Shown here in pieces: positions 54,064 to 64,000 of a stretch of 64,000 bases of DNA. Position 1 is the first letter of the stretch. Every line of letters starts with the position of its first letter. The translations under genes and the position numbers were made by a program. Under the pieces are notes generated by a model. The model was given only the letters and a program-made list of their open reading frames with translations. It ran no database searches and had not been told where the DNA came from. The DNA is from an uncultured Gemmatimonadales bacterium (GTDB lineage Bacteria; Gemmatimonadota; Gemmatimonadetes; Gemmatimonadales; GWC2-71-9): assembly GCA_963798915.1 (NCBI GenBank), contig CAWCVB010000015.1, positions 1 to 64,000 on the forward strand, given 5' to 3'.

Positions 54064-55298
54064 CACCGCTCCATGACAGCGACCGATTCAACGTGGGCCG
54101 TCTGCGGAAAGAGGTCATACGCCCGCAGCCCGACAAGCCGATAGGGGCTGAAACGAGCCACGTCCCGGGCCAGCGTCGCCGGGTCGCAAGAGATGTACAC
54201 GATCCGTCGTGGCCCGGCGGCTACTATCTGGCTCACCGCGTCGGCATGCATTCCTGTCCTTGGTGGGTTGACGATGACCCGCGCCGGAAGTGGCAGCGTG
54301 GCGAGCGACAGTTCCACCCGGCCGACGATGCGTCGCGCGGGCGGACCGTGATGCGCTGCCCAGCGCACCGCCTGCTCATCCAGTTCGACGCTGGACACTG
54401 TCGCACCCAGCTCCACCAGCAGCGTGGTGGTCTCGCCAATGCCAGCGTACAGGTCCCAGACCTGCTCGCCGGCAAGCGCGCCCAGCTGGCTCACGGCCTG
54501 CTGCCGAACACGTGATCCCATGATCCGGTTCACCTGCTCAAACGAGCCGGCCGGCGCGCCATCACCGTTGCCTTCGATGCACTGGGCCGCCGCACCGGCG
54601 TTCATCACCCAGAGCGTCACGGCGAGGCCCTGGGTCGCGAGCGCGGCGGCAAAATCGCCAGCCCGGTCCCACTCCGAACGCCGCGGCAGACCGGCCATGA
54701 CATGGAGCCCGCCGCCGCCGTCCAGCCGCAGGGTCAGGCGCTCGAGCTGCCTTGGCAACAGCGCTCGAAATGGCTGAAGCGCAGTCCAGAGCTGCTGCAA
54801 CGCCGGTTCGGCGATGTGACAGCGATCGAGGTCGAACGCGTCATCCGGCCGATCCATGGGTCGGAGCCCGATCCGGTCCCCGACGGCGTGGAGCGACAAG
54901 CGGGAACGATAGGCCCAGTCGTCGGGTGCGGGCTCGAGCGGCGGATCATCGATCCTGACCTTGCCGATGCGCCGCATCGCGTCGCCCACAATGCGCCGTC
55001 GGGCTTCGCGCTGGGCAGGGGCGGCGAGATGCTGGAGCTGGCAGCCGCCGCACCGATCCCGTTCATAATGCGAGCACGGGGGAGCGACCCGGTCAGGGCC
55101 GGACTCGAGCAGCTCATCCACCTGTGCCCGAGCGAAGCCTTTTCGACGGCCGATCATTCGCAAGGTGACAACGTCGCCCGGCGCCGTGCGAGGGACGAAG
55201 ACCGTCAGTCCATCGGCCAGGCGTCCCACGCCGTCGCCCCCAGCAGCCAGCCGCGCGATCCTTACTGCAGCGCGTCGCGGCGGGCCAGTCGCGCCCAT
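54063..55298 (-). CDS. TRAM-domain RNA (uracil-5)-methyltransferase, RlmD/TrmA family
   Basis: TRAM N-terminus, [37 protein letters not shown]. Confidence 0.9.
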   Translation of the reverse strand: MGATGPPRRAAVRIARLAAGGDGVGRLADGLTVFVPRTAPGDVVTLRMIGRRKGFARAQVDELLESGPDRVAPPCSHYERDRCGGCQLQHLAAPAQREARRRIVGDAMRRIGKVRIDDPPLEPAPDDWAYRSRLSLHAVGDRIGLRPMDRPDDAFDLDRCHIAEPALQQLWTALQPFRALLPRQLERLTLRLDGGGGLHVMAGLPRRSEWDRAGDFAAALATQGLAVTLWVMNAGAAAQCIEGNGDGAPAGSFEQVNRIMGSRVRQQAVSQLGALAGEQVWDLYAGIGETTTLLVELGATVSSVELDEQAVRWAAHHGPPARRIVGRVELSLATLPLPARVIVNPPRTGMHADAVSQIVAAGPRRIVYISCDPATLARDVARFSPYRLVGLRAYDLFPQTAHVESVAVMER

Positions 55299-56761
55299 TC
55301 CGATTCCATCGAAGCAGTTGTGACGCCAGGGGGGACCTGCTTGCTGCGCCGAGCGTCGTCTTCCGCCAGTGCCGCGGAGATCGCGATGGTCGCGAGTTCG
55401 TCGTTGGTGAGGGAGGGCCGCATCAAGTCGCCGCGTCGCTCCAGGAACTGGATATCGATGTCGCCGGCGGCAAAATCGGCATCAGCAAGGAGGCGGGCGT
55501 GGAAGTGCTGGTTGGTGGCCACGCCGTGCAGCACAAGTTCATCGAGTGCCCGTCGCATCCGTCCGATGGCCTGGTCGCGGGTCGGAGCCCAGACGATGAG
55601 CTTGGCGAGCATGGAATCGTAGAAGAGCGTCACCGAGGAACCGGCCTCGATCCCGGCATCCCACCGCACGCCCGGACCGGACGGCGCGCGCAGCCAGGAA
55701 ATCCGGCCGGTGGTGGGAAGGAACCCAGCAGCAGGATCCTCACTGGTGATGCGGCACTCAATGGCCCAGCCCCGCGGGTGCAGCGGTCCGGCGTGCACCC
55801 GCATCCGCTCACCACCCGCGATCCGCAACTGCTCGCGCACGAGGTCCACGCCGTAGACCATCTCGGTGACCGGGTGCTCCACCTGGATGCGGGTATTCAT
55901 CTCAAGGAAGTAGAAGCGACCACCGGCACCCAGCAGGAACTCGCAGGTGCCCGCACCACGATAGCCCACCGCCTCTGCCGCCGCGACCGCAGCGGCGCCC
56001 ATCTCGGCGCGAAGCGCCGCGGAGACTGCGACCGATGGCGCCTCCTCCAGCAGTTTCTGGTGGCGACGCTGAATCGAACACTCGCGCTCTCCCAGATGAG
56101 TTGTCCGTTCGTGGTCAGCCAGGATCTGGATTTCGATGTGCCGGGGACGCTCGATGAACTTCTCGAGGTAGACGGCGTCGTCGCCAAATGCCTTCAGTGC
56201 CTCGGACGCCGCCGCCACCAGCGCGCCAGGAAGTTCGGCTTCATCGTGGACCACGCGCATGCCCTTGCCGCCGCCGCCGGCGGCGGCCTTCACCATGACG
56301 GGATACCCGATTTCGCGGGCGAGCCCGCGCGCCGTCGCAGGATCGCGGATCGGCTCCGAACTACCGGGCACGATCGGCACGCCCGCGGCCGCCATGCGGC
56401 GCCTCGCCTCGGTCTTGTCTCCCATCGCGGCGATCGCCGATGCCGGCGGTCCGATCCAGGTCAGGCCGGCGTCCTCCACCGCTGCGGCAAAGGCCGCGCG
56501 CTCGGCCAGGAAGCCGTAGCCAGGGTGCACTGCGTCGGCGCCACTGCTGCGCGCCACCGCACACAGTTTTTCGATCGACAGGTAGGTCTCGCCGGGCAGG
56601 TTGCTGCCGAGCGGTACGGCGAAATCGGCGGCCTGCACGTGGGGACTTCCCCGATCGGCGTCGCTGTAGACAGCGACGGCTTCCAGGCTCTCTTCATGGC
56701 AGGCGCGCACGATGCGCAGCGCGATCTCGCCTCGATTGGCAATCAGTACTCGTCGGATCAT
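55262..56761 (-). CDS. Biotin carboxylase (AccC/PccA-type)
   Basis: ANRGEIA, HPGYGFLAE, GGGGKGMR, EMNTRIQVEH. Confidence 0.93.
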   Translation of the reverse strand: MIRRVLIANRGEIALRIVRACHEESLEAVAVYSDADRGSPHVQAADFAVPLGSNLPGETYLSIEKLCAVARSSGADAVHPGYGFLAERAAFAAAVEDAGLTWIGPPASAIAAMGDKTEARRRMAAAGVPIVPGSSEPIRDPATARGLAREIGYPVMVKAAAGGGGKGMRVVHDEAELPGALVAAASEALKAFGDDAVYLEKFIERPRHIEIQILADHERTTHLGERECSIQRRHQKLLEEAPSVAVSAALRAEMGAAAVAAAEAVGYRGAGTCEFLLGAGGRFYFLEMNTRIQVEHPVTEMVYGVDLVREQLRIAGGERMRVHAGPLHPRGWAIECRITSEDPAAGFLPTTGRISWLRAPSGPGVRWDAGIEAGSSVTLFYDSMLAKLIVWAPTRDQAIGRMRRALDELVLHGVATNQHFHARLLADADFAAGDIDIQFLERRGDLMRPSLTNDELATIAISAALAEDDARRSKQVPPGVTTASMESEWARLARRDALQ

Positions 56762-56800
56762 CGGATGACAGGCAGGGGCGCTCGCACGCGCCGGAGCAAA

Positions 56801-57805
56801 CTAGGGAGCGCAGGCGCCAGCCGGCAGGCTGGCGGTGACCGGGGCGAGGCTGAGGCAGAGAACGTTGTTGCGGCGTGCGGCCGCTGCATAGATCGCGAGC
56901 ACATCAGGTGTCCAGGTGCTCCCCCCCTGGGAGACATCCACCACCAATGCGGTCAACGAAAGCGGCTCCTGCGGCAGGGCCGCGGCGCTGTCACTGACCC
57001 GCGCCAGGCGCATCGATGCCCATGCCACGTCGGGCATGGCGCCGTGCCCCATGCCCGGTGAGAGGCACAGTGGCCGCGACGCCGCAGCCTGACCCAATGC
57101 TTCAGCGAGCGGCTGATCGGGACGCACACCGAGCACCCGTGCCATTCGCATCCGATACAGCGAATCTGTGACGTAGAGGTCGGCCCGAAGCGGCAGGAGA
57201 TCGGCGCGGCCTCCGGGGGTGAGCACTCCGTACCAGACCGCCACGCCCTCCAGTTCGGAGCCAGTGATCAGGACGCCCTGGGCTGGGCAGGAAGCCACGA
57301 GGTTGCGGCCCAGTTCGGCGACGGTCGGCGGCAGCGGCGGCAGCTCGACGGCTCCGGCGGTGAGCCCTTCCCAGCCGGCGCTCTCGAGGATGAGCAGCGA
57401 CTGGTCCAGGGCCACGAGCGCGCGGTAGAGTGGAGCGGAATCAACGTGAAGACGGATGGACTCGTCGACCGCCACCGATGCCAGCGACAGGTAGACATCG
57501 GCGGACGGAGTGCCGCGGTGGCCGGCGAGGTGCCAGTCGCGAGCGTCCATACGGTAGAACTGGGCCAGGAGGAACCAGGCCCGCCCATCGCTCTGCGCCA
57601 CCGCCAGGTAGCGGCCCAGCATCTCGATGCCAAGCCCACGCTCACCCTGGCGGTTCAGCTCCGAGGCGCGCGGCGCCACGTTCGGGTCCACGGCGCCCTG
57701 TGCCCCGAGCGCTGCTGGCCAGAAAGCCAGCATGGCGCCTAGCGCAAGAACCCCCGCAGTCCGGGTCCGTGTGGCAGCTGCAATTGGTCGCATCACATCT
57801 AACAT
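56801..57805 (-). CDS. Hypothetical exported protein, possibly TPR-like
   Basis: Signal peptide-like N-terminus (ALGAQ); fills the gap in a co-oriented gene run. Confidence 0.6.
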   Translation of the reverse strand: MLDVMRPIAAATRTRTAGVLALGAMLAFWPAALGAQGAVDPNVAPRASELNRQGERGLGIEMLGRYLAVAQSDGRAWFLLAQFYRMDARDWHLAGHRGTPSADVYLSLASVAVDESIRLHVDSAPLYRALVALDQSLLILESAGWEGLTAGAVELPPLPPTVAELGRNLVASCPAQGVLITGSELEGVAVWYGVLTPGGRADLLPLRADLYVTDSLYRMRMARVLGVRPDQPLAEALGQAAASRPLCLSPGMGHGAMPDVAWASMRLARVSDSAAALPQEPLSLTALVVDVSQGGSTWTPDVLAIYAAAARRNNVLCLSLAPVTASLPAGACAP

Positions 57806-57839
57806 GCGCCCACACCACGATTTCCGCCAGTCAAGGTGG

Positions 57840-59394
57840 TCAGAGCGGGATGTTTCCGTGCTTCCGGGGCGGATTCCGGTCGCGCTTGCCGCTCAGGGTC
57901 AGCAGGGCCTCGATCAGCCGGGGCCGGGTGTCCCGCGGATCAATGACATCATCCACATAGCCGCGCTCCGCTGCCGCATATGGGTTGGCGAACCGGGCCA
58001 CGTACTGCTCAGTGAGACGCGCGGCCTCGGCGGCTTGGATCGGCGGCCTCGGCGATTTCCTTCCGAAACAGGATTTCAACGGCGCCCTTGGGCCCCATCA
58101 CTGCGATCTCCGCCGCCGGCCACGCAAAATTGACGTCGCCCCGGATGTGCTTGCTGCTCATGACGTCATACGCCCCGCCATAGGCCTTGCGGGTGATCAC
58201 GGTCAGCTTGGGAACGGTCGCTTCGCAGTAGGCGTAGAGCAACTTGGCGCCGTGACGAATGATGCCGCCGTGCTCCTGGGCCACGCCAGGCAGGAACCCC
58301 GGGACATCCACCAAGGTGACGATCGGAATATTGAAGCAGTCACAGAACCGAATGAACCGGGCGGCCTTGGTGCTGGCATTGATGTCCAGCACGCCGGCCA
58401 GGACCGCCGGCTGATTGGCGACGATCCCAACCGGTCGTCCCAACAGCCGACCAAACCCCACCACGATGTTATCCGCGAAGCCGGCATGTACCTGGACGAA
58501 GTGGCCGTCGTCCACAACCGGGCGGATGATATCCAGCATATCGTATGGCTGCGCCGCGGCGAGGGGCACGACATCGAGCAGGCTCTCCTCCCGGCGTTCG
58601 GCGGAGTCGTCGGTCGGCCGGATCGGAGGAGCGTCGACATTGTTGCCCGGCAGAAATCCCAGCAGTTCGCGGATGGCCTGCAGCGCCGCCGGTTCGTTGT
58701 CGTACGTGAAATGCGACACGCCGGAGACGGCCCCGTGCACGTCCGCGCCACCCAGCTCGTCGAAGCTCACGTCCTCATGCGTCACGGTCTTCACCACGCT
58801 CGGGCCAGTCACGAACATGTAACTCACCTGCCGGACCATGAAGATGAAGTCCGTAATGGCCGGGCTGTACACGGCGCCGCCGGCGCACGGGCCCAAAATG
58901 GCACTGATCTGGGGAATCACGCCCGACGCAAGCGTGTTGCGCAGGAAGATGTCGGCATAGCCGCCCAGCGAAGCGACGCCTTCCTGGATGCGGGCGCCTC
59001 CCGAGTCGTTCAGTCCGACCAGGGGCGCCCCGTTCCGCATGGCCAGATCCATGACCTTGCAGATCTTTTCGGCGTGCGCCTCCGAGAGGGAGCCGCCGAA
59101 GACGGTGAAATCCTGCGAGAAGACGTACACCAGCCGTCCCTCGATCCGGCCGTGTCCGGTGACGACACCGTCGCCAGGGTACTTCTCCCCGTCCAGTCCG
59201 AACTCGGTCGCACGATGGGTAACAAATCGATCCAGTTCCTGAAAGGATCCCTCGTCCAGCAGCAGGTCGAGCCGTTCCCGCGCGGTGAGCTTCCCCTTCT
59301 TGTGCTGCTGCGCCACCCGCCGCTCGCCGCCTCCTTGCTCGGACGCAGCCTGCCGGCGGTGCAGGTCGTCGAGGCGTTCTCTGGATTGGGTCAT
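57840..59394 (-). CDS. Acyl-CoA carboxylase carboxyltransferase beta (PccB-like) with a +1 frameshift at about 58035
   Basis: [35 protein letters not shown]-terminal RKHGNIPL lies in the adjacent frame. Confidence 0.9.
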
Positions 59395-59478
59395 GGGCAG
59401 AATGTAGGGGAAGCCGGTGGGTGGCGCGAGGTATCGGGCCATGGCGGCCGACTCTTTCCAAAACTGCCAACGCAAAGA

Positions 59479-59979
59479 CGCGGAGGCGCAGAGGTCGCGG
59501 AGGAACGCTTCGCAGCGCGTTCAAATGGCGCCCGCTCGACCCTGTGCTAAGTGTAACGTGGAGAATGTCAATCGAGTTGCCTCAGAATGCGCTCAGCCAG
59601 CGCATTATCGGCGCCGCCATCGAGGTCCACCGAATTGTCGGACCGGGGCTACTCGAGTCCGCCTACCAGCGATGTATGGAGGCCGAACTGGAGTTGCGTG
59701 GCATTCCGTTTCGGAGCGGCATTGCACTGCCGATTCACTACAAGACGCTCGAGTTCGAGAATGCCTACCGGCTGGATCTACTGATCGCAAACCAGGTCGT
59801 GGTTGAGCTGAAGTCTATCGAGGAAGTTCTTCCCGTGCACTCCGCGCAGTTACTCACGTATTTGCGCTTAACCAGCCACAAGCTGGGGCTGCTCATCAAC
59901 TTCAATGTGCCGGTACTCTGGCGCGGTATATCTCGTGTCGTCAATAATCTGTAGACTCGGCGTCCTCTGCGCCTCCGCG
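59479..59979. repeat. Inverted repeat pair flanking the GxxExxY gene
   Basis: CGCGGAGGCGCAGAGG (59479-59494) and CCTCTGCGCCTCCGCG (59964-59979): 16 bp perfect, 22/24 when extended inward. Confidence 0.9.
59565..59954 (+). CDS. GxxExxY protein (PD-(D/E)XK-like), 129 aa
   Basis: IIGAAIEVHRIVGPGLLESAY, YRLDLL, VVELKS, AQLLTYL, GLLINFN. Confidence 0.92.
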   Translation: MSIELPQNALSQRIIGAAIEVHRIVGPGLLESAYQRCMEAELELRGIPFRSGIALPIHYKTLEFENAYRLDLLIANQVVVELKSIEEVLPVHSAQLLTYLRLTSHKLGLLINFNVPVLWRGISRVVNNL

Positions 59980-60023
59980 GTTGATTCCAAGGGTCCACGA
60001 AGCCGGCCTGAGCAGTGGAAACG

Positions 60024-60050
60024 AAAAAGCCCCCGATTGCTCGGGGGCTT
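60024..60050 (-). terminator. Intrinsic terminator of rpsA
   Basis: AAGCCCCCGA-TTGC-TCGGGGGCTT with U-tract on the minus strand. Confidence 0.8.
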
Positions 60051-60070
60051 CTGCACAGCAGCCGGTTGCC

Positions 60071-61831
60071 CTACTCCGACGCGGGTGGGACAGTCTCATC
60101 CGTGGATTCCTCGCCCTCATCCCCCTCGGTGGGAATGGGTCGGGCCGCCTTGGCCCGATTGGCCGCCATTTCCTCTTCGGTGGTCTCGGGATACCCGACG
60201 ACCGCGAGGACGATGCGGTGATGGATGGGATCGACTTCCAGCACTGACATGTCGACCGGCTGGCCTTCCTGCACCGCGTCGCCCGGATTCTGGACATCGG
60301 GCTTGCCAAGCTGCGAGACGGGCACGAAGCCCTCGATGTCGTTACCCACATCCACGACGACGCCCTTGTCCATCAAGCGCAGCACGACGCCACGCAACTC
60401 CATGCCGATGGGATAGGTCTCACCGATCCGCAGCCATGGATCTTCCTGCGCCTGCTTGAGGCCCAGGCTGATCCGCTTGTTTTCGGCGTCGATATTGAGG
60501 ATCAGCACCTCGACCGAGTCGCCCTTCTTCACCACTTCCGACGGGTGCTGCACCCGCTTGGTCCAGGACATGTCGGAGATGTGGATCAGGCCATCGATAC
60601 CGGGCTCGATCTCGACGAAGGCGCCGAAGCTGGTGAGGTTGCGGACCTTGCCCTCCAGCCGGGTGCCGACGGGGTACTTGAGCGGCAGCACCATCCACGG
60701 GTCCTGCTCGGTCTGCTTCATGCCCAGCGAGATCTTTTCCTCGCTCTCGTCGACCTTGAGCACGACGGCTTCGATGGTCTCGCCGATCGAGACGATCTTG
60801 GACGGATGGCGGACGTTGCGGGTCCAGCTCATTTCGCTGATGTGAACCAGCCCCTCGATGCCGGGCTCCAGCTCCACAAAGGCGCCGTAGTTGGTGATCG
60901 AGACGACCTTGCCCTGGACCCGCGAGCCCACCGGATACTTCTGGGCCACGTCCTTCCAGGGATATGACTGCAGCTGCTTCATGCCGAGCGAGATGCGCTC
61001 GCGCTGCCAGTCGATGTCGAGGATCTTGACCTCGAGCTCCTGGCCGATCTGGACCATTTCGCTGGGATGCGAGACCCGCCCGTAGGACATGTCCGTAATG
61101 TGCAGCAGGCCGTCCACACCACCCAGGTCGATGAAGGCACCGAAATCGGTGACGTTCTTGACGACACCCTTCCGGACCTGGCCGACTTCGAGCTCCTTCA
61201 TCAGGTGCTCGCGCTTGTGGGCCCGCTCGTGCTCCAGGATCACGCGGCGGCTGACCACGATATTGCGACGCCGCTTGTTGAGCTTGATGATCTTGAACTC
61301 GTAAGTGGACCCGAGCAGGTCGTCGATGTTGGGCACCCGCCGCAGGGCAATCTGCGAACCGGGGAGGAAGGCATCGACCCCCATCAGGTTGACCACCACG
61401 CCGCCCTTGATCTTCTTGGTGAGCGTGCCTTCGACCGGCTGGTCATTCTCGTGGGCCACGCGGATCTTCTCCCAGACCCGCATGAAGTCGGCCTTCTTCT
61501 TGGACAGCACCACGGCGCCCTCGTGGTCCTCGAGGTGCTCGAGGAACACTTCGACCTCGTCGCCCTCCTTGAGGCTGCCCGGGTCCTTGAATTCGTCGAG
61601 GGGCACCGAACCCTCGGACTTGAAGCCGACGTCGAGGATGACGGCATTATCGGTGACACGCAGCACCTTGGACTTGACGATCTCGCCTTCGACGATCTGC
61701 GACATTGTCCCCTCGTACATCGAGAGGAGCTGTTCGTATTCGTCGTCGCTGTAGTCATCATCGTACAGGTCGGCACGGACGCGGAGGCCAGTGGGGCTGA
61801 TCTTTTCGGCGGCGACGGGGGCTTGGGCCAT
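60071..61831 (-). CDS. rpsA: 30S ribosomal protein S1
   Basis: Six S1 repeats (FGAFIDLGGVDGLLHITDMS etc.); start uncertain. Confidence 0.96.
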   Translation of the reverse strand: MAQAPVAAEKISPTGLRVRADLYDDDYSDDEYEQLLSMYEGTMSQIVEGEIVKSKVLRVTDNAVILDVGFKSEGSVPLDEFKDPGSLKEGDEVEVFLEHLEDHEGAVVLSKKKADFMRVWEKIRVAHENDQPVEGTLTKKIKGGVVVNLMGVDAFLPGSQIALRRVPNIDDLLGSTYEFKIIKLNKRRRNIVVSRRVILEHERAHKREHLMKELEVGQVRKGVVKNVTDFGAFIDLGGVDGLLHITDMSYGRVSHPSEMVQIGQELEVKILDIDWQRERISLGMKQLQSYPWKDVAQKYPVGSRVQGKVVSITNYGAFVELEPGIEGLVHISEMSWTRNVRHPSKIVSIGETIEAVVLKVDESEEKISLGMKQTEQDPWMVLPLKYPVGTRLEGKVRNLTSFGAFVEIEPGIDGLIHISDMSWTKRVQHPSEVVKKGDSVEVLILNIDAENKRISLGLKQAQEDPWLRIGETYPIGMELRGVVLRLMDKGVVVDVGNDIEGFVPVSQLGKPDVQNPGDAVQEGQPVDMSVLEVDPIHHRIVLAVVGYPETTEEEMAANRAKAARPIPTEGDEGEESTDETVPPASE

Positions 61832-61954
61832 GAGGGAACCACTTTCGAAGTCGGACCGCGGGCGTGGAGCCGCGGGCTGGGGTGATGCCTGTGGATGCGG
61901 AGGTGCATTCACAGGAAGCCTGAAAATATAGCGCCGACCACTGCCGATGACAAC

Positions 61955-63034
<1,080 letters not shown>

Positions 63035-63051
63035 ATGCCCCCACTGACGAA

Positions 63052-64000
63052 ATGACCCCGTTGCAGGAGTTCCCGACCGGCTTCCTCTGGGGTACGGCGA
63101 CCGCCGCGTACCAGATTGAAGGATCCCCACTGGCGGACGGCGCCGGCGCCAGCATCTGGCATCGTTTTGCGCATACCCCGGGTCGTACCGCAAGGGGCGA
63201 AACCGGCGATGTCGCATGCGACCACTATCGGCGCTGGCGCGACGATGTGCGGCTGATGGCAGACCTGGGCCTCAATGCCTACCGCTTCAGTCTGTCCTGG
63301 AGCCGGCTGTTGCCCGAGGGAACCGGAACGGTCAATCCCGCCGGAGTGGCCTTCTACGACCAGTTGATCGACGCGCTGCTGGAGGCAGGGATCGCCCCGC
63401 TGGTAACCCTGTATCACTGGGACCTCCCCGCGGCCCTCGACGATCGGGGCGGCTGGCTCAACCGGAACAGCGCCGACTGGTTCGGCGAGTATGCTGGCGT
63501 CGCGTTCAATGCCTACGGCGACCGGGTTCGCCGCTGGGTGACGCTGAACGAACCGTGGGTCGTGACCGATGGCGGCTATCTTCACGGCGCGCTCGCGCCC
63601 GGTCACAGCAACCTGTACGAGTCGCCGATCGCGTCGCACAACCTGCTGCGGGCCCACGGCACCGGCGTCCAGGTCTTCCGCAGCCTGGCCAAGGGTGAGA
63701 TCGGCCTGGTGGTCAACTTGGAGCCGAAGGAGCCCGCGAGCGACAGCCCTGCCGACCGCGACGCGACCGCCCGGGCCGACGCGTACATGAACCGCCAGTA
63801 TCTCGATCCTGTCTACCTGGGCGCCTACCCATCTGAACTTGCGCGGATTTTTGGCGACGCATGGCCTCGATTCCCTGACGAGGATTTTGCCCTCATCGGA
63901 ACTCCCACCGACTTCCTTGGTATCAACTATTACACCCGCGGTGTCACAGCCCACGATCCCTCGGCCTGGCCGGTGCTGGCGAGCAACGTGCGCCAGACCG
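63052..64000 (+). CDS. GH1 beta-glucosidase (3' truncated by window edge)
   Basis: Manual translation: MTPLQEFPTGFLWGTATAAYQIEG, YRFSLSWSR, TLYHWDLP, TLNEPW, GINYY; absent from the ORF track because it has no stop in the window. Confidence 0.93.
   Translation, partial: MTPLQEFPTGFLWGTATAAYQIEGSPLADGAGASIWHRFAHTPGRTARGETGDVACDHYRRWRDDVRLMADLGLNAYRFSLSWSRLLPEGTGTVNPAGVAFYDQLIDALLEAGIAPLVTLYHWDLPAALDDRGGWLNRNSADWFGEYAGVAFNAYGDRVRRWVTLNEPWVVTDGGYLHGALAPGHSNLYESPIASHNLLRAHGTGVQVFRSLAKGEIGLVVNLEPKEPASDSPADRDATARADAYMNRQYLDPVYLGAYPSELARIFGDAWPRFPDEDFALIGTPTDFLGINYYTRGVTAHDPSAWPVLASNVRQT

Overview
GC-rich bacterial chromosomal segment, probably Gemmatimonadota (inferred from gene order, protein style and the tmRNA tag ANSEMALAA; not verified by search). 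It is mostly housekeeping. The + strand block (1.4-17.6 kb) runs truA-htrA-purB-purC-psd-pssA-purS-purQ-ZnF-purL-purF-ppdK-lipoprotein-purE-purK. The long - strand block runs from a sugar ABC ATPase and rpsA through acyl-CoA carboxylase genes, rplM-rpsI-rpsB-tsf-pyrH-frr-uppS-cdsA-dxr-rseP, rpsO-pnp, mreBCD-mrdA-rodA, accD-folC-hisS-proS-lysA-guaA and dusB-larB-GGDEF to tmRNA. The most notable accessory signals are: (1) an IS30 element inserted into one arm of a CGTC-type REP doublet, with a transposase frame that stops only at a TGA supplied by the REP; (2) a GxxExxY nuclease-like gene enclosed by inverted repeats built from tandem octamers; (3) several gene-less, inverted 7/8-mer tandem arrays of similar design, plus one heptamer tract inside hisS; (4) a + strand insert encoding a metzincin lipoprotein, an atypical flavoprotein disulfide reductase and a 38-aa classical C2H2 zinc finger. 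Four +1 frameshifts (IS30 x2, rseP, carboxyltransferase) look like sequencing or assembly errors. No CRISPR array, prophage, rRNA or tRNA was seen.
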